NCBI RefSeq assembly: GCF_018350175.1
Contig: NC_058368.1
Span: 119,972,001 to 120,036,000, forward strand
Direction: 5' to 3'
Length of the DNA stretch: 64,000 bases
Source: Felis catus
Taxonomy: Eukaryota
A program made the translations under genes and the position numbers. The notes beneath the pieces were generated by a model. That model was not told the DNA's origin, made no database searches, and worked only from the letters and a program-made list of their open reading frames with translations. This document shows, piece after piece, positions 35,967-48,960 of the stretch. How positions within the stretch are numbered: position 1 is the first letter of the stretch; the number at the start of each line of letters is the position of its first letter.

Positions 35967-36736
35967 AGAAATTACTGAATATAGATCTAATCCCCAGCTG
36001 TATGTTTAAGTCTATGATATAAGTATCTTCCCTTTGAACTTCAATTTTCTCTTATGTAAAAGGCAATGTTTAGATTAAAAAAAAATAGGTTTCATTGCCA
36101 TTTTGTAAAAGAATAAATCCAGTATGATGGGTTTTTTGTTGTACATGTGGTTACATGTTTTAAATTACCTTCTGTTCATGGTAAGTAAAATTGGTTTTCT
36201 ATTTGCCTTAAGGTAAGCTAATTTAAGTTAAAATGGTTGTACTTGGACAAAGTCAATAATTATAGTAAGAGTTGATGGCTTCATGACATTTTTTTTCCTG
36301 TCAGGCTTTACATATATTTAATTGTCATTTGATTTTTAGGATCTGCATACGATAATATATTCTCAGTTGACAGATGAGGACCCTAAGACAGAAGTAAAAT
36401 ATCTTAATATCCCATAATTCTTAAGTAAAGGAAGTCAAAGATAGGATCCAGGTACTTGGGCTCCAAAGTCAATGTTCCCCTATTATAACAATGTTACTCT
36501 CCTCCATTAGCCATTACTGTACTAGCTGTTACATATCAATACAAAAAGAATTATATTGCAAAAGCAGGGATGTTTCTTATTTAAAACTTTGTCTAATAAG
36601 TAAGGTAGCTGCTAAAAAATTGCTGTCATAGATAAATCAGTGAACTTGCTTTCTATATCATAATCAGTAGTATCTTTCTAAAGCTTGAAATGTATCACGT
36701 TATTCCTCTGGTTGAACTTTCTTAGTGATTTTCTTT

Positions 36737-36921
36737 TAAGGTTGCCAAATTAAGCAAATAAAATATAAAGGGTCTATACTTAAATTTGGATTTCAAATAA
36801 ACAATGAATTTTTTAGTGTAAGCATGTTCCAGGCAGTATTCAGAACAAGCATACTAAAAATGACTCACGATTTATTTTAAATCAGATTTAGTTGGGTTCT
36901 TGATTATGTCTGGATACCTTA
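36737..36921. mobile_element. MER53 (palindromic hAT MITE) inside an L2-like remnant
   Basis: taaggttgccaaattaagcaaataaaaata...tctggatacctta matches the recalled MER53 consensus. Confidence 0.82.
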
Positions 36922-38602
36922 CTCTCCATAGCCCTCAGAATAAAGTCCAAAATCTTCAATTTGCTTTAGAGTTTGTAACCTGCTTACAGATGACTTCTCC
37001 AACCCCATCTTAGACCGTTCTCCACCAAACCCCCCCCCAAAAAAAAACCAAAAAAACCCAAAAAACCAAAAAAAAGAAAAAAAAAACCAAAAGAGCGTTG
37101 AGATTTTGCTCTGAAGACCTTTTGATTTTGTTACTCTCTAAGCCTCAATGAATTTCTTGGTAAAATGGGGCAAATGATGGTTACCTTTGGAAGAATGTTG
37201 CTTTGTAACTTTTAAAACATTTAACTTGAGCCAGATAATTAGAAGTTGTTGCTAGTCTTTGTGTCATTTGTCTGCCTACCTGCCTGTTGGTTTTTCTTTT
37301 CTATCACATACATGTACACATCCACCCTGGGATATTTGAGTGAAACCACCTGTGCTTTCCATGGATCAAACCCTGGCTCAAAGCAACCATACTTGAGCAT
37401 TAGGGAAGCCAGCCTCCTCTGTCATGGTTTGATAATAACTATGTTACTATTTCAGGGTGTAGCAATACTCACTAAGCCTAGTGGAACAGGTTACATAGTT
37501 CTAATTTTACCTCAAGTGGTATCAAATGAACTGGATTGTTTTTTGTGATTATTGCTGCCCTGTGGATTTTGTAGGCCTAGGAAGGATGACAGTGTATCTG
37601 GTGGGGTTATAAGCACTCTTCCTACATCTCAATGTGTCTTGTAGACTTTCCAAACCTGCTGAATATCAAGTGTCTGAAGTTCTGTGATTAAATCCCTCAC
37701 CTGGGAAAATATATGTGCCTAACAATGTTAGCAATGATTGGTTCTTAATAATGAAAATTTGGAAATAGCACCAATATCTATAATGAGAGTTAGTGGTTGT
37801 ACTTCACTGCATTTACTATTAAAGAGTGTTGGTAGATGCTTGCTCTAATAAAACTGTATTCTGAGCAGCCCCTGACTCTACCTGACTGCCCAGAAGACTG
37901 AGTGAATTCACTTCTGGAGGCATATCTGAAGTCCATCCATGGCATTCTGGGAAATTCTCAGTTACAGCATGTATGTACAGTGGAATACTTGTAGCTACAA
38001 AAAAATGATAACGTGGATATAAATGTATGCCATGAAAAGCTATCTACTGCCAACTGTATAGTAGGAAAAAAAGGTTGCAATTGAGTATGTGTAGTTTATA
38101 CAACTTCAGTATAAGTACATATCTAAAATACCTGAAGGGAGAACCATCAGTATTGTATTCCTAAGTGATATGATTATTATTATTATTACTAAGTGATGGG
38201 ATTACTTATTATTACTAAGCGATAGGATTCTATTTTAGATCTTTTTAAAATTACATATATTTTTAATTTAAAAAATGGTTACCATGAGTAGGTAGAACTT
38301 TCCCAAGATGATAATCCTATACATTTTAAAACAGGAGTGGGGCCTATCTGTTGTTGGTGTTGAGTTTACCCCCACACCACATCCTGCTTTTTCCCAATGT
38401 GTATACTTTTCTGCAAAGGGGCCATGATCACTCCAGGCCAGTTCTTGTTAATTCCACTCCTCTGATCCAGGTTCATTCTGGAAGATAATAAGAACACATC
38501 AACTTTTCAGGCCACGGGAATTGGTTCAAGTTTGGGAGTTTGACTTCATTTGGAACATGGAATTGGGAGCTAAGTAGTAGTTTCTGGAAAAGTTTTCTTG
38601 GT

Positions 38603-38798
38603 GTTATTTTTTTATTGTTTATTTTTGAGAGAGAGAGAGAGCAAGCAGGGGAGGGGCAGAGAGAAGTAGACAGAGGACCCCAAGTGGGCTCTGCAATGGT
38701 GACAACAGAGAGCCCGATGCAGGGCCTGAACCCATGAACCATGAGATCATGACCTGAGCCTGTCAGACATTTAACCGACTGAGTCACCCAAGCACCCC
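38603..38798 (-). mobile_element. CanSINE
   Basis: TSD agttttcttggt. Confidence 0.94.
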
Positions 38799-39164
38799 AG
38801 TTTTCTTGGTTTTAAAATAGAGATTTAGGGAGGGGATTATTTCTTCTTTCTCTGGATTTTTTGTTTCCTGTTGTTGATGTACCTTTTTGCCTGAACATTG
38901 AACCAGAACTAAGAGAATTGAAAATAAATGGCGTCAGAGTCCCTAAATTAAGCATTCCGGAATCTTATTTACTGTTTCCCAAGCAAATACTTTTCCTAGA
39001 GCTCAATGAACAGTCTGATTTTCTCGTCATTGAAAGCATTTCAATGGATCCGTCTACTTGGTTAATCCCATGTCATCTATATATCAGATGTATATAGTAC
39101 ACATACACATGTATGCCATTTTAACGTAGATGTGAGATACTTTGTGACATCTTTTAAAAATCTC

Positions 39165-39665
39165 AGTGCTATAGAATTATGTATGCCACATAGGAATTTA
39201 AAAAGTATCATTGCCACATTTAAAAAAGTAAAAATAGGGGCGCCTGGGTGGCGCAGTCGGTTAAGCGTCCGACTTCAGCCAGGTCACGATCTCGCGGTCC
39301 GTGAGTTCGAGCCCCGCGTCGGGCTCTGGGCTGATGGTTCAGAGCCTGGAGCCTGTTTCCGATTCTGTGCCTCCCTCTCTCTCTGCCCCTCCCCCGTTCA
39401 TGCTCTGTCTCTCTCTGTCCCAAAAATAAATAAAAAACGTTGAAAAAAAATTAAAAAAGTAAAAATAAACGTGGGAAATTAATTTTGATAATGAATTTTT
39501 AACAATATATCTAAAATATTTTTAACATTTCATCAGTTTAAAATTATTAGCGACTTGTACATTATTTTTTATACTAAATCTTTGCAGTGTGATGTGTATT
39601 TTGTACTCACAGAACATCTTCATTTGGGTATGTGTGAGTCCTCCGTAGCTGTCGGTGGCTAGCAT
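39165..39665 (+). mobile_element. MER33-like hAT-Charlie element, interrupted by a young SINE
   Basis: gccacatttaaaaaagtaaaaa|SINE|...gaaattaattttgataat...atactaaatcttt...gtgtattttgtactcacag. Confidence 0.7.
39237..39450 (+). mobile_element. Young felid SINE (SINEC_Fc type)
   Basis: Nearly all CpGs intact; perfect 17-bp TSD ttaaaaaagtaaaaata at 39220-39236 and 39451-39467. Confidence 0.98.
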
Positions 39666-39699
39666 GATTAACCATCGTGGGTTTATCTCCATGCTGACA

Positions 39700-39853
39700 G
39701 ATTCTAAATGCTAGCAGCATAGGGGAATTTGGAAGGTTACTCAAAATGCATCTTAGGTCCACTTCAGACCCGCTGAATCAGAGTCTGCACTTCAAGAAAA
39801 ATCCTAGGTGATTTTTTTTTTTTTTTTGTCCATTACAATTTGAGGAGCTACTG
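39700..39853. mobile_element. MER5-like MITE
   Basis: gctgaatcagagtctgcac...cctaggtgatt...tttgaggagctactg. Confidence 0.55.
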
Positions 39854-41400
39854 TTTTTATTGTTCTCACTTATTTTGGTGTTTGCAGAAGTGAACTATTC
39901 ATACCTATTTTCTAAGCTATATGGCTGGTTTGTGGCAGATTGGAGGTACAGTTAAATTATATTGCAGACAAATTCTTCAGTGTGGGCCCTGTGGGGCTCC
40001 TCCAAGAATGGCATAGACTTGTCAGGCTGTGTAGGCCTGATGCTAGTCCTGAAATGGGTGCTACAATCCTAATAGTCCTATAGCAGGTTCATTGTAAATC
40101 TCATGTGAATGGCACAGCTGTAATGTGTTGATGTCTTCATAATCAACAGATTTATTTTTATGGTCTGGTTTTGCATAAGAAATATCTGATAAGGGATTGT
40201 TGGTAAAATATTTACAGATTTTAAAATTTTCCTTTGGAAAGATAGGCTAGGAACTGAATTGAACAATAGAAGGTCTTCATTAGGCCTAAATCACATGCCA
40301 GGTTTCTGTAAATTTGTTTTGCTTTGATTCCTGTCTGCTTTGTGTTTTCACCATGATAAATTGTATCAACTTATTAAATAATAATTTTCCATTCACTGAA
40401 AGGAGAGACCAGTGGATTTACAGAGAAAGCATCGCTAGTCCCGCATTTCAAAGTGAGTGTAAACCTGGGTGCATTTGTCTTCTCCATAGTTATTTTTCTA
40501 TTCATCCCAAACCTCCTACAACAGATAATAAACCACTTCATGAGCAGATGTACCACTTATTCATCTAGTTCTGTAGTAATAATGAACAAAATTTAATCTG
40601 GAGTGTCTATGGAGGATGAACTAAGGCCAGATTGGAATGAATAATAAAGTCTCTGTTGAAATGTTGGGTCCCACATGAAAAGCCAATAATTATGTACTTG
40701 TCAATGCCGTCTTTGATAAAGTCCAATAGTGTATAGAAACAACCATCTCTTGGGTGCTGGATTCCACGTGGAGCTACTGTTTCTACAGATGTAAACATTC
40801 TAAGTTGCTTAGAACATAAAGGATACATTTTCTTGCAGCTGGAAGCAACATCTGACATTGCAAAATGTTGCAAACACGTTGGAGGGATTGCTTTATTCAG
40901 ACAAATTTCAGATAAACTCAAAAACATGTGTGGCTTAAGATTTTTGGTTTAAAACAAATAAACAAAAAGAAACACCACAAATTGAGACCACTGTACTTGC
41001 AAAAAACTGCAGAAAGATCTCTTGGGGGAGGGGGGGATAATGATTAGCCTCAAACCTGCCCCGCATTTGACCTTCGTTTCATACGTGTCATGTAGCTGCC
41101 CTTGACAGAGCTGTCTTCTCTGTAGGGAAGAGGCAGTTTTATGTTCAGTGAACTCCAAAAAAGTGTTATTGTATGGATGATGTTAACTTCTCATTTCTTA
41201 GCAAATCCAGTGTACCAAACAACTATAACTTGCTGTAAACTCTGGAATGTGGATTTTTGTCTCTTATTCTGAACATGTCCCACGTTTTCAGCACAGTTAT
41301 CATTCTTGTCTGCATTTGTGCCTTTGTTTGGGAAATGTGGGTATGAATGAAAATCAATTTGCCTTAAGTATATATCGAACTGAATAATTCTGTTCATTTT

Positions 41401-41604
41401 AATTTTTTTAAGTTTATTTATTTTGAGAGAGAGAGAGAGAGAATGAGTGGGGTAGGGGCAGAGAGACAGAGAGAGAATCCCCAGCAGGCTACATGCTGTC
41501 AGTGCAGAGACTGACATAGGGCTGGAACTCATCAACTATGATATCACAACCTGAGCCGAGATCAAGAGTCTGACGCTTAACCAACTGAGCCATCCAGGAG
41601 CCCC
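41401..41604 (-). mobile_element. CanSINE
   Basis: TSD aatt(c/t)tgttcatttta. Confidence 0.95.
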
Positions 41605-41635
41605 AATTTTGTTCATTTTAGACTGGGAATTTCAT

Positions 41636-41850
41636 GGAGAGCTTAGGTGGTTCAGTCCGTTAAGAGTCCGACATGGGCTCAAGTCATGATCTCATGGCTT
41701 GTGAGGTTGAGCCCTGTGTCGGGCTGTGTGCTGACAGCTCAGAGACTGGATCTTGCTTGGGATTCTATGTCTCCCTCTCTCTCTGCCCCTCCCCCACTTG
41801 CGCTCTGTCTTTCTCTCTCTCTCTCAAAAATAAATATTAAAAAATTATTT
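41636..41850 (+). mobile_element. CanSINE (first of a tandem pair)
   Basis: Diverged head, CT tract, tail. Confidence 0.93.
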
Positions 41851-42078
41851 GGAGCGCCTGGGTGGCTCAGTCAGTTAAGCATCCGACTTGGGCTCAGGTC
41901 ATGATCTCACGGTTTGGGGTTTGAGCCCCGTGTCAGGCTCTGTGCTGACAGCTCAGAACCTGGAGCCTGTTTTTGATTCTGTGTCTCCCTCTCTCTCTGC
42001 CCCTCCCTGCTCATGCTCTGTCTCTTTCTCTCTCAAAAATAAATGAACATTGAAAGAAATTTCATTAAAATTTTTTTT
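41851..42078 (+). mobile_element. CanSINE inserted in the tail of the preceding SINE
   Basis: Full body directly after the A-tail. Confidence 0.95.
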
Positions 42079-43616
42079 AGAAGTTAAAGTGGGAATATCT
42101 TGGTAGCTGCTTATTGTAATGGGCATCTATATAACTCTATCCTGCTCAGCAATGGAAAATAGTGTGTTAAACCCAGAAAAATCCTGCCTTTGACCTATGT
42201 ACACAGAAACATTCAATAATTCAATTAAGAGACCCCATGAGAAACAGTTAATAATTATTTCTTAAAAGTCAACGTGGTTGTAAAACAGCTTGCCAATATA
42301 AGCAGAAGAGGGAATTTGTAATAATAAGTCCATGCTGTACTTACATTTTCTAGTGCATTTAATATTTTTTTAAGGTGTCCAAAGCAGTAGCTCTAGGGAA
42401 ACTAAGAAAGTTGTTTAGTGGAGAACAAATAGAATATTAAGTTGTGCCTCAGGAAAGATGTTTTGTATTCAAATCTTACTGTTCAATGATATTTGGTCAT
42501 GAATTCTCCAGGTTTACTCTACCACAGGCTTCTTCCCCCTTTCTTGTTCTCTCCTGTTCCTCGTTTCTGTGAATGGCTCCGTTGCGTACACTTTTTGTGT
42601 GTCTGTGGCAGTGACAACCGGGCCTTGTGGAGCTCCACATCTACCTACATGCGACAGGTCCGGGACTGACATGATTACATTCCTGTGCTGTTTTTTCTGC
42701 TGGAATCAGTTCCTCATTCCTCTTTTGACCTCTTGTCTTCCTTCAGTGTCTCTACATGCAGTAGGTTGGCTCACCTCAGATACGCCTTCCTTCACAAAGC
42801 CGCCATTGTTTTACCCTTAATGCCAGGCCTGGCCTGGCTTACTTGCGCTCACATGATGTGGTGAAATGGAGGCCCTTACCACTCTGCACCACCGCCCCCC
42901 CACTCCCCCACCCCGCCATGCTTATTTATCTCCCGTGCTCTGTGGTGAGCTGCTTGAAGACAGACGCTGAATCCTATCAGTCGTGGTATCGAGTATCCCC
43001 AGCAGGGTTCCCCTGCTCAGGAAGGGTGCTCTGTATAGGGTACACGAGTAAACATGTGTTGAGGGGATAGAGGTCTTAATAATAGCACCTAACTAAGTAA
43101 ACCACACTGGTAAGCTAAACCCTTTAGAATGCTCTTTGCTTACCTCGTGCGGGGTTTGAAAATTATTTTAAGGCCTAATCCCGTGGATGTCTTATAAATC
43201 TTCCTCTCATGCATTTCATTAGCTCTGCTAATTGTTTTAGGATACCCTGGCTAATCCCTGTTATCTATGCTGCCTAAAGCCGTTTATGGATCTGTAGGGA
43301 ATCAGGACTCTGTTATGTTCTGTGGAAATGACACAGTATGGAGTCTTCAGAGGCAGGAAGTGCAGTGTTCTCTCAGCAGCAATTGGGCCGTGAGAATACA
43401 ATAGAACTGTTTTCTATGAATATCATAAAAAATACAGAACTCCGAGAAAGAGCCACTTTTCTTCATGTGCCTGGGAGGAAGGAGTAGTGGATAATTTGGG
43501 GGTAATCTGCATTCCTTTGTAAGGAGTTTGAGATGGCACACAGCATTTCCCCTGTGGTCTTCAGACCTCATTATGAGAGACATGCCCCAAGTTACTGCAA
43601 ATCAACATTATCTGTT

Positions 43617-43643
43617 TTTTTTTTAATGTTTATTTATTATTTT

Positions 43644-43702
<59 letters not shown>

Positions 43703-43863
43703 TGGGGGAGGGGCAGAGAGCAAGGGAGACGCAGAATCTGAAGCTGGCTCCAGGCTCTGAGCTGTCAGCACAGAGCCTGATGAGGGGCTCGAACCCCCAA
43801 ACTGTGAGATCATGACCTGAGCTGAAGTCGGACGCTCAACCTATTGAGCCACGCAGGCGGCCC
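43617..43863 (-). mobile_element. CanSINE with long (GA)n
   Basis: TSD tcaac(a/t)ttatctgttt. Confidence 0.96.
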
Positions 43864-43947
43864 TCAACTTTATCTGTTTATTCTAGGACACCCCAGCACA
43901 TGTATGATGCAAAGGTTGCAGTGGATAGGGTTTTAGGGTTCTTATTT

Positions 43948-44056
43948 TTGTTTGTTTTCTTTCTCTTTTTCTTTTTCTTTTTTTCTTTTTCTTTTTCTTT
44001 TTCTTTTTCTTTTTCTTTTTCTTTTTCTTTTTCTTTTTCTTTTTCTTTTTCTTTTT
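43948..44056. repeat. (TTTTTC)n hexanucleotide microsatellite
   Basis: Visible tandem units. Confidence 0.96.
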
Positions 44057-45107
44057 GTGAGTGCCTCTTTCTCTCTGGGAGAAAATTCTAAGGATGACTA
44101 TAGGACCCAGGGCTCCAGAATGAAGGGGATGGGTAAGGAGAAAGGGCCAAGTGTGTCTCCCCAGCTTGTGTCTGGTTCACCTTAAGTGAGAAGGATGAGG
44201 CATCTTCAAGTCCCACATGTGCTTCTATCAAGGTCAAGGCAAGTCTCCTCTCTTTGTCTCATGGAGAAGAGTTTAAGATGCTCTTGTATTCTGATCATGC
44301 AAGGTCAGTCCCTGATGGGTATTTGCTCACATTTGTCCTATATCTTCCTCATTGATATTTACCTATTTAAAGGGACTGAACTCTTCAAAGACCAGTGTGA
44401 ATCCTGTTTGGACTTGATAAGGTTTGACAGCCTAACTCACAGTGCTGCAATTTAAAAAAAAAAAAAACCTAAGTCTTCCCTCACTTACTAGATTCAATTC
44501 CATTCAGTAAACGCTTGGCGAGTGCCGACTTTGTATGTGTTCATGTCTGTCTCCAGCTCTCCCCCTGCTTCCAGCCCCCATCCCCCTCACTGCCATTGCA
44601 GAGTGAATGTTAATCCAGTAGCTCCCACTTTTACTAACAATGATGGCATTAGCACCCTGATCTACTTCTCTCCTCTGACATTTTCTCGAAATAGTGTATA
44701 ATCAACACTTCTATGATGCCAAAATATTGTTGAAAGTTGCCTTTGCTCACATGGCCTTTGTCTAAGCGTAGCATCCAACAACCTCACTGACAGAATTGTT
44801 TAATGAATTGACTGTGTTGATGTTGCAAAGACCTAATCCTTTATAATCCATAAGGTCAATATTTGTCAAAAGATTAATATTTTCTCTTAATAACCAGTGA
44901 TTTTGATCAACTCCAATTTGGCTGGAAATAGTTTTTTTTTTTTTTATGACAATGAATATTCTTAGTCTCTGTTAAGTTTTTGGTAATTGGTTAGTCTAAA
45001 GAAGCAGTTCTGTTTTTCAATATCTTTAAAAATGTTTTTAATCCAATTTTTCTTACTCCATTCTTTTTCAGAATATTTTTCTCTTCTACTTTAAAATCCA
45101 TAACTCA

Positions 45108-45217
45108 GGGTGCCTGACTGGCTCAGTAGGTAGACCATGTGACTCTTGATCTTGGGGTTGTGAGTTCAAGCCCCATGCTGGGTGTAGAGATTACTTAAAT
45201 AAATAAATATTTTAAAA
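45108..45217 (+). mobile_element. Short old-type CanSINE
   Basis: ggggtgcctgactggctcagt...gggtgtagagattactt. Confidence 0.92.
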
Positions 45218-45272
45218 TATATAGTCCATGTGAAGAAATATATTTACTAAAGTGCTTTTAAAAATCAGCTCT

Positions 45273-45476
45273 GGGGCCCCTGGGTGGCTTAGTCGGCTAA
45301 GCATCCAACTTCAGCTCAGGTCATGATCTTGCAGTTCATGGGTTCAAGCCTCACGTTGGGCTCTGTACTGGGAGCTCAGAGCCTGGAGCTTGCTTTGGAT
45401 TCTGTATCTCACTCTCTTTCTGCCCGTCCCTGCTCATGCTCTGTCTCTTTCTTTCAAAAATTAATAAAACATTGAG
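45273..45476 (+). mobile_element. CanSINE
   Basis: TSD aaaaatcagct. Confidence 0.94.
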
Positions 45477-45479
45477 AAA

Positions 45480-45930
45480 AATCAGCTTTATGGAGGTGTA
45501 GTTTACAAACATTACCAACCTTACATATACAATTTAAATGAGTTTTGGTAATTTAGTACAGTTACATAATAATCACTAAAATAAAAATATAGAACTATTA
45601 CATAATTTCAAAGAATTTTCCTGGGCCCTTTGGCAAACACTTCTTTATCCCTACCAGGGTATCTTGAAACAACTGATCCTTCTTATCACCAAAGGGTCTT
45701 CTCCAGATTTTGATACCAATAGAATGATAAAGTCTGTAGTCTTCTATGTCTGGCTTACTTCATTCAGCATAATGTTTTGAGAATCACCCATGCAGTTGTG
45801 TGTTTCATTCTTATTATTGCTGATGAGTATTCCATAACTGTCTATGTAGCACAGTTTGCTCCTTCTTTTACCAGTTGATGCATCTCTTGGTAGTTTCTAA
45901 GTTTGGGCCATTAGCAAAGCAGCAGTGTAT
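45480..45930 (-). mobile_element. Old L1 3'-end fragment
   Basis: tggcttactttcattcagcataatgttttgaga...gagtattcca motifs typical of L1M 3' ends. Confidence 0.75.
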
Positions 45931-46007
45931 GAGGCTTCTGGTCTCTCTACATTCTTCCCAATATGGTATTGTCAACTGTTCAGTTCAAAATAGTCCCATG
46001 TTGTCTT

Positions 46008-46075
46008 GTTTATTTTTTTTTGAATTTTTTTTTTTAGGTGGAAAGTGACCCACTTTTTAAAAATGTTTATTTATT

Positions 46076-46122
<47 letters not shown>

Positions 46123-46288
46123 GAGTGAGGGGCAGAGAGAGGGGGAGACACAGAATTCGAAGCAGTCTCTAGGCTCTGAGCTAGCTGTCAGCACAGAGCC
46201 CAACGCAGGGCTTGAACTCACAAACCGGAAGATCGTGTCTTGAGCCGAAGTTGGACGCTTAACCAGCTGAGCCACCCAGACACTCCCC
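46008..46288 (-). mobile_element. CanSINE with bipartite tail
   Basis: Body at 46055-46288 plus a second T-tract; TSD ccatgttgtctt at ~45996 and 46287. Confidence 0.93.
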
Positions 46289-46296
46289 ATGTTGTC

Positions 46297-46346
46297 TTTT
46301 TATTTTATTTTATTTTATTTTATTTTATTTTATTTTATTTTATTTT
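46297..46346. repeat. (TTTTA)n array
   Basis: About 10 units flanked by duplicated ccatgttgtcttttta. Confidence 0.95.
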
Positions 46347-46639
46347 CCATGTTGTCTTTTTAATAGCTGTAATTGTGTCTATTCTTTCATTCCTAATACT
46401 GGTAATCTAAATCTTCTTTTTTCTCCTGATCAATATGATGAGAGCTTTATCAACTTCATTGCTGCTTTTGTTATTACTGATTTCCTCCATGGTTTTTCTG
46501 TCTTCAACTTCATTGATTTATGTTCTTAATTATTTCCTTCCTGCTGTTGACTTCAGGCTTAATTTGCTTTCATTTTTTCCTATAGTTTCTCAAAGTTGAA
46601 TCCTAGATCATTGATTGAGACCCTTCTTTCTTTGTCATT

Positions 46640-47360
46640 TATTTTTTTAATTGAAGCATAATAATGAAGAGTGCTGTATTAGTTTCAGGTGTACAAAATA
46701 ATGATAGAACAATTTCACACATTAGTGCTCATGAAGATAAGTGTACTCTTAGATCCTTGTCTCTATTTCACCCCTCCACCCTCTCACTTCTGCTCTGGAA
46801 ATCACTAGTTCTCTGTATTTGAGTCTGTTTTTTGTTTGTATGTCTCTTTTTCCTCTTTGTTCATTTGTTTCTTAAATTCCACATTTTAGTGAAATCATAT
46901 GGCATTTGTGTTTCTCTGATGAACTTACTTTATTTAGCATTATATGTTCTAGGCCCATCCATGTCATTGTAAATGGTAAGATCTCATTCTTTTTTATGGA
47001 TGACCAATATTCCATTGTACATATATATGTCACATTTTTAAAAATGTTTTTAACATTTATTTTTGAGAGAGGGAGAGTGTGTGGGGGGAGAAGGGGCAGA
47101 GAGAGGGAGACAGAGGATCCCAAGAAGGTTCCACACCATCAGTGCAGAGCCCAATGCAGAGCTTAAACTCACAAACCATGAGATCATGACCTGAGATGAA
47201 ACCACGTCTAAGAATGCCTAATTGTAGCATCTGGGCCACCCAGGCACCCCAATACTACATCTTCTTCATCCATTCATCCATCAGTGGACACTTGGGCTAC
47301 TCTCATAGTTTGGCTGTTGTAAGTAATGTCGCAATAAACACAGGGGTACATATATCTTTT
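46640..47360 (-). mobile_element. L1 3' end (L1MA9/L1_Carn-like), interrupted by a SINE
   Basis: ORF 46872-47123 contains the ORF2 C-terminus TMEYWSSIKKNEILPFTMTWMGLE...HMISLKCG. Confidence 0.9.
47035..47250 (-). mobile_element. CanSINE
   Basis: Typical body within L1. Confidence 0.92.
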
Positions 47361-47830
47361 CAAACCCTCTTTTATAATATAAGTACTTAATGCTGTAAAT
47401 TTCCCTTTAAGCATCATTTTCCATAAAGTATAATAGGTTGTGTTTATATTTTCATTTAGTTCAAAATATTTTCTAATTTTGCTTATGGTTTCTTCTATGA
47501 TGCATAGATGAGAAATGCATTTATTATTTTTTAAATATTTGAAATGGTTTACTTAAATAAAACAGGGCAGCATTTATTTGGCTGGAGTTGGGAGTCCCTG
47601 GACAATTCATCTTTATGATATTGAGATTAATTAAATTAAATTTTGAGACCAAGTTTTAATCACATAAAACCTGTTGACTTCGGATAATGTTTAAAGTTCT
47701 GTCACAGATATTAGAGATATTTTACATTTGAGTTACAACTAGAAGAATATCCTTATCCTTATTTGAAGAATCTTAATTCTTTGGTTCTGTGATTTTAAAT
47801 ACTGTGTTCAGTAGAGAATATCTTTTGTTG

Positions 47831-48001
47831 GGGGGTGCCTAGGTGGCTCAGTCGGTTGAGCGGCTAACTTCAGCTCAGGTCATGATCTCATGGTCCGTGA
47901 GTTCCAGCCCCGCATCGGGCTTTGTGCTCACAGCTCAGAGCCTGGAGCCTACTTCAGATTCTGTGTCTTCCTCTCTCTCTCTCTGCCCCTCCCCCACTCA
48001 T

Positions 48002-48036
<35 letters not shown>

Positions 48037-48063
48037 AATAAATAAACATTTAAAAAATTTAAA
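47831..48063 (+). mobile_element. CanSINE
   Basis: TSD agaatatcttttgttgg. Confidence 0.96.
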
Positions 48064-48624
48064 AAGAATATCTTTTGTTGGATTCAGAAAGCTATTACAA
48101 AGAAATAGGAATGTTGTGGTCTTGCAAGAGCTGTGTCAAAAACACCAGACTAAGCTGGACAGGATTAGACCCAGCATTACTGCATGTTATTCCGTTAAAG
48201 AGACCAAGTAATTAGATTTTGGGAAATGAACATTCTGTTCAAGAGACCATGATTGGAGCAAATACCCTTTCCTCTTTAATTCTCCTACTTTTGTTTTGCC
48301 TACTTTTTATGGGTAGACTCAAGTCTAAGAATGCCTAATGAGAAACATTTCAAGAAAATTTATTAATGTGAAGAAATTTATGAAAATTTATGAATGTGAA
48401 GGGCACCGACTGTCAGTTTTAAATTGTAGCATCTGATTTTGCTGATCATTTTACTGATCTTTTCAGAAAAGTGACTTTTATTTTTGTTGATTCTGTTATT
48501 TTACTCTCTATTTGATTTTCATTTTAACCTTTCTTTAAGCTCGCTTTGGGTTTCTTTCGTCCTTCTTTTCCTAGTTGCTTAATGTGGAAGTTAGCTTATT
48601 AATTGGAGATCTCTTTTGTAGAAT

Positions 48625-48960
48625 TTTTTTAGTGTGGTATGAACACTTGAAATCCTAATTTATAAGTGTACAATATAGTATTGTTAACTATAGCCACAAG
48701 GTTGTACAGCAGATGTCTGGAAATTACTTTGTAATAGAGACTTTAGGCCTGTTAATTAGCATATTCCATTTTTCCTTTTCCTTCAGTCCCTGACAACCAC
48801 CATTCTTTGCTCTGATGCTATAAATTTGATTATTTTAGATACCTCCATAAATAGAATCACTCAGTATTTGTCCTTCAGTGCTGGGCTTAAATTAGGTTTT
48901 CTTTATTCATTCATCTGTTGATGGACCTTCAGGTTGCTTCCATGTCTTGGCTATCTTGGA
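48625..48960 (-). mobile_element. L1MA-like 3' UTR fragment
   Basis: gtacaatatagtattgttaactatag...gttgtacagcagatgtct...caaccaccattct. Confidence 0.75.
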
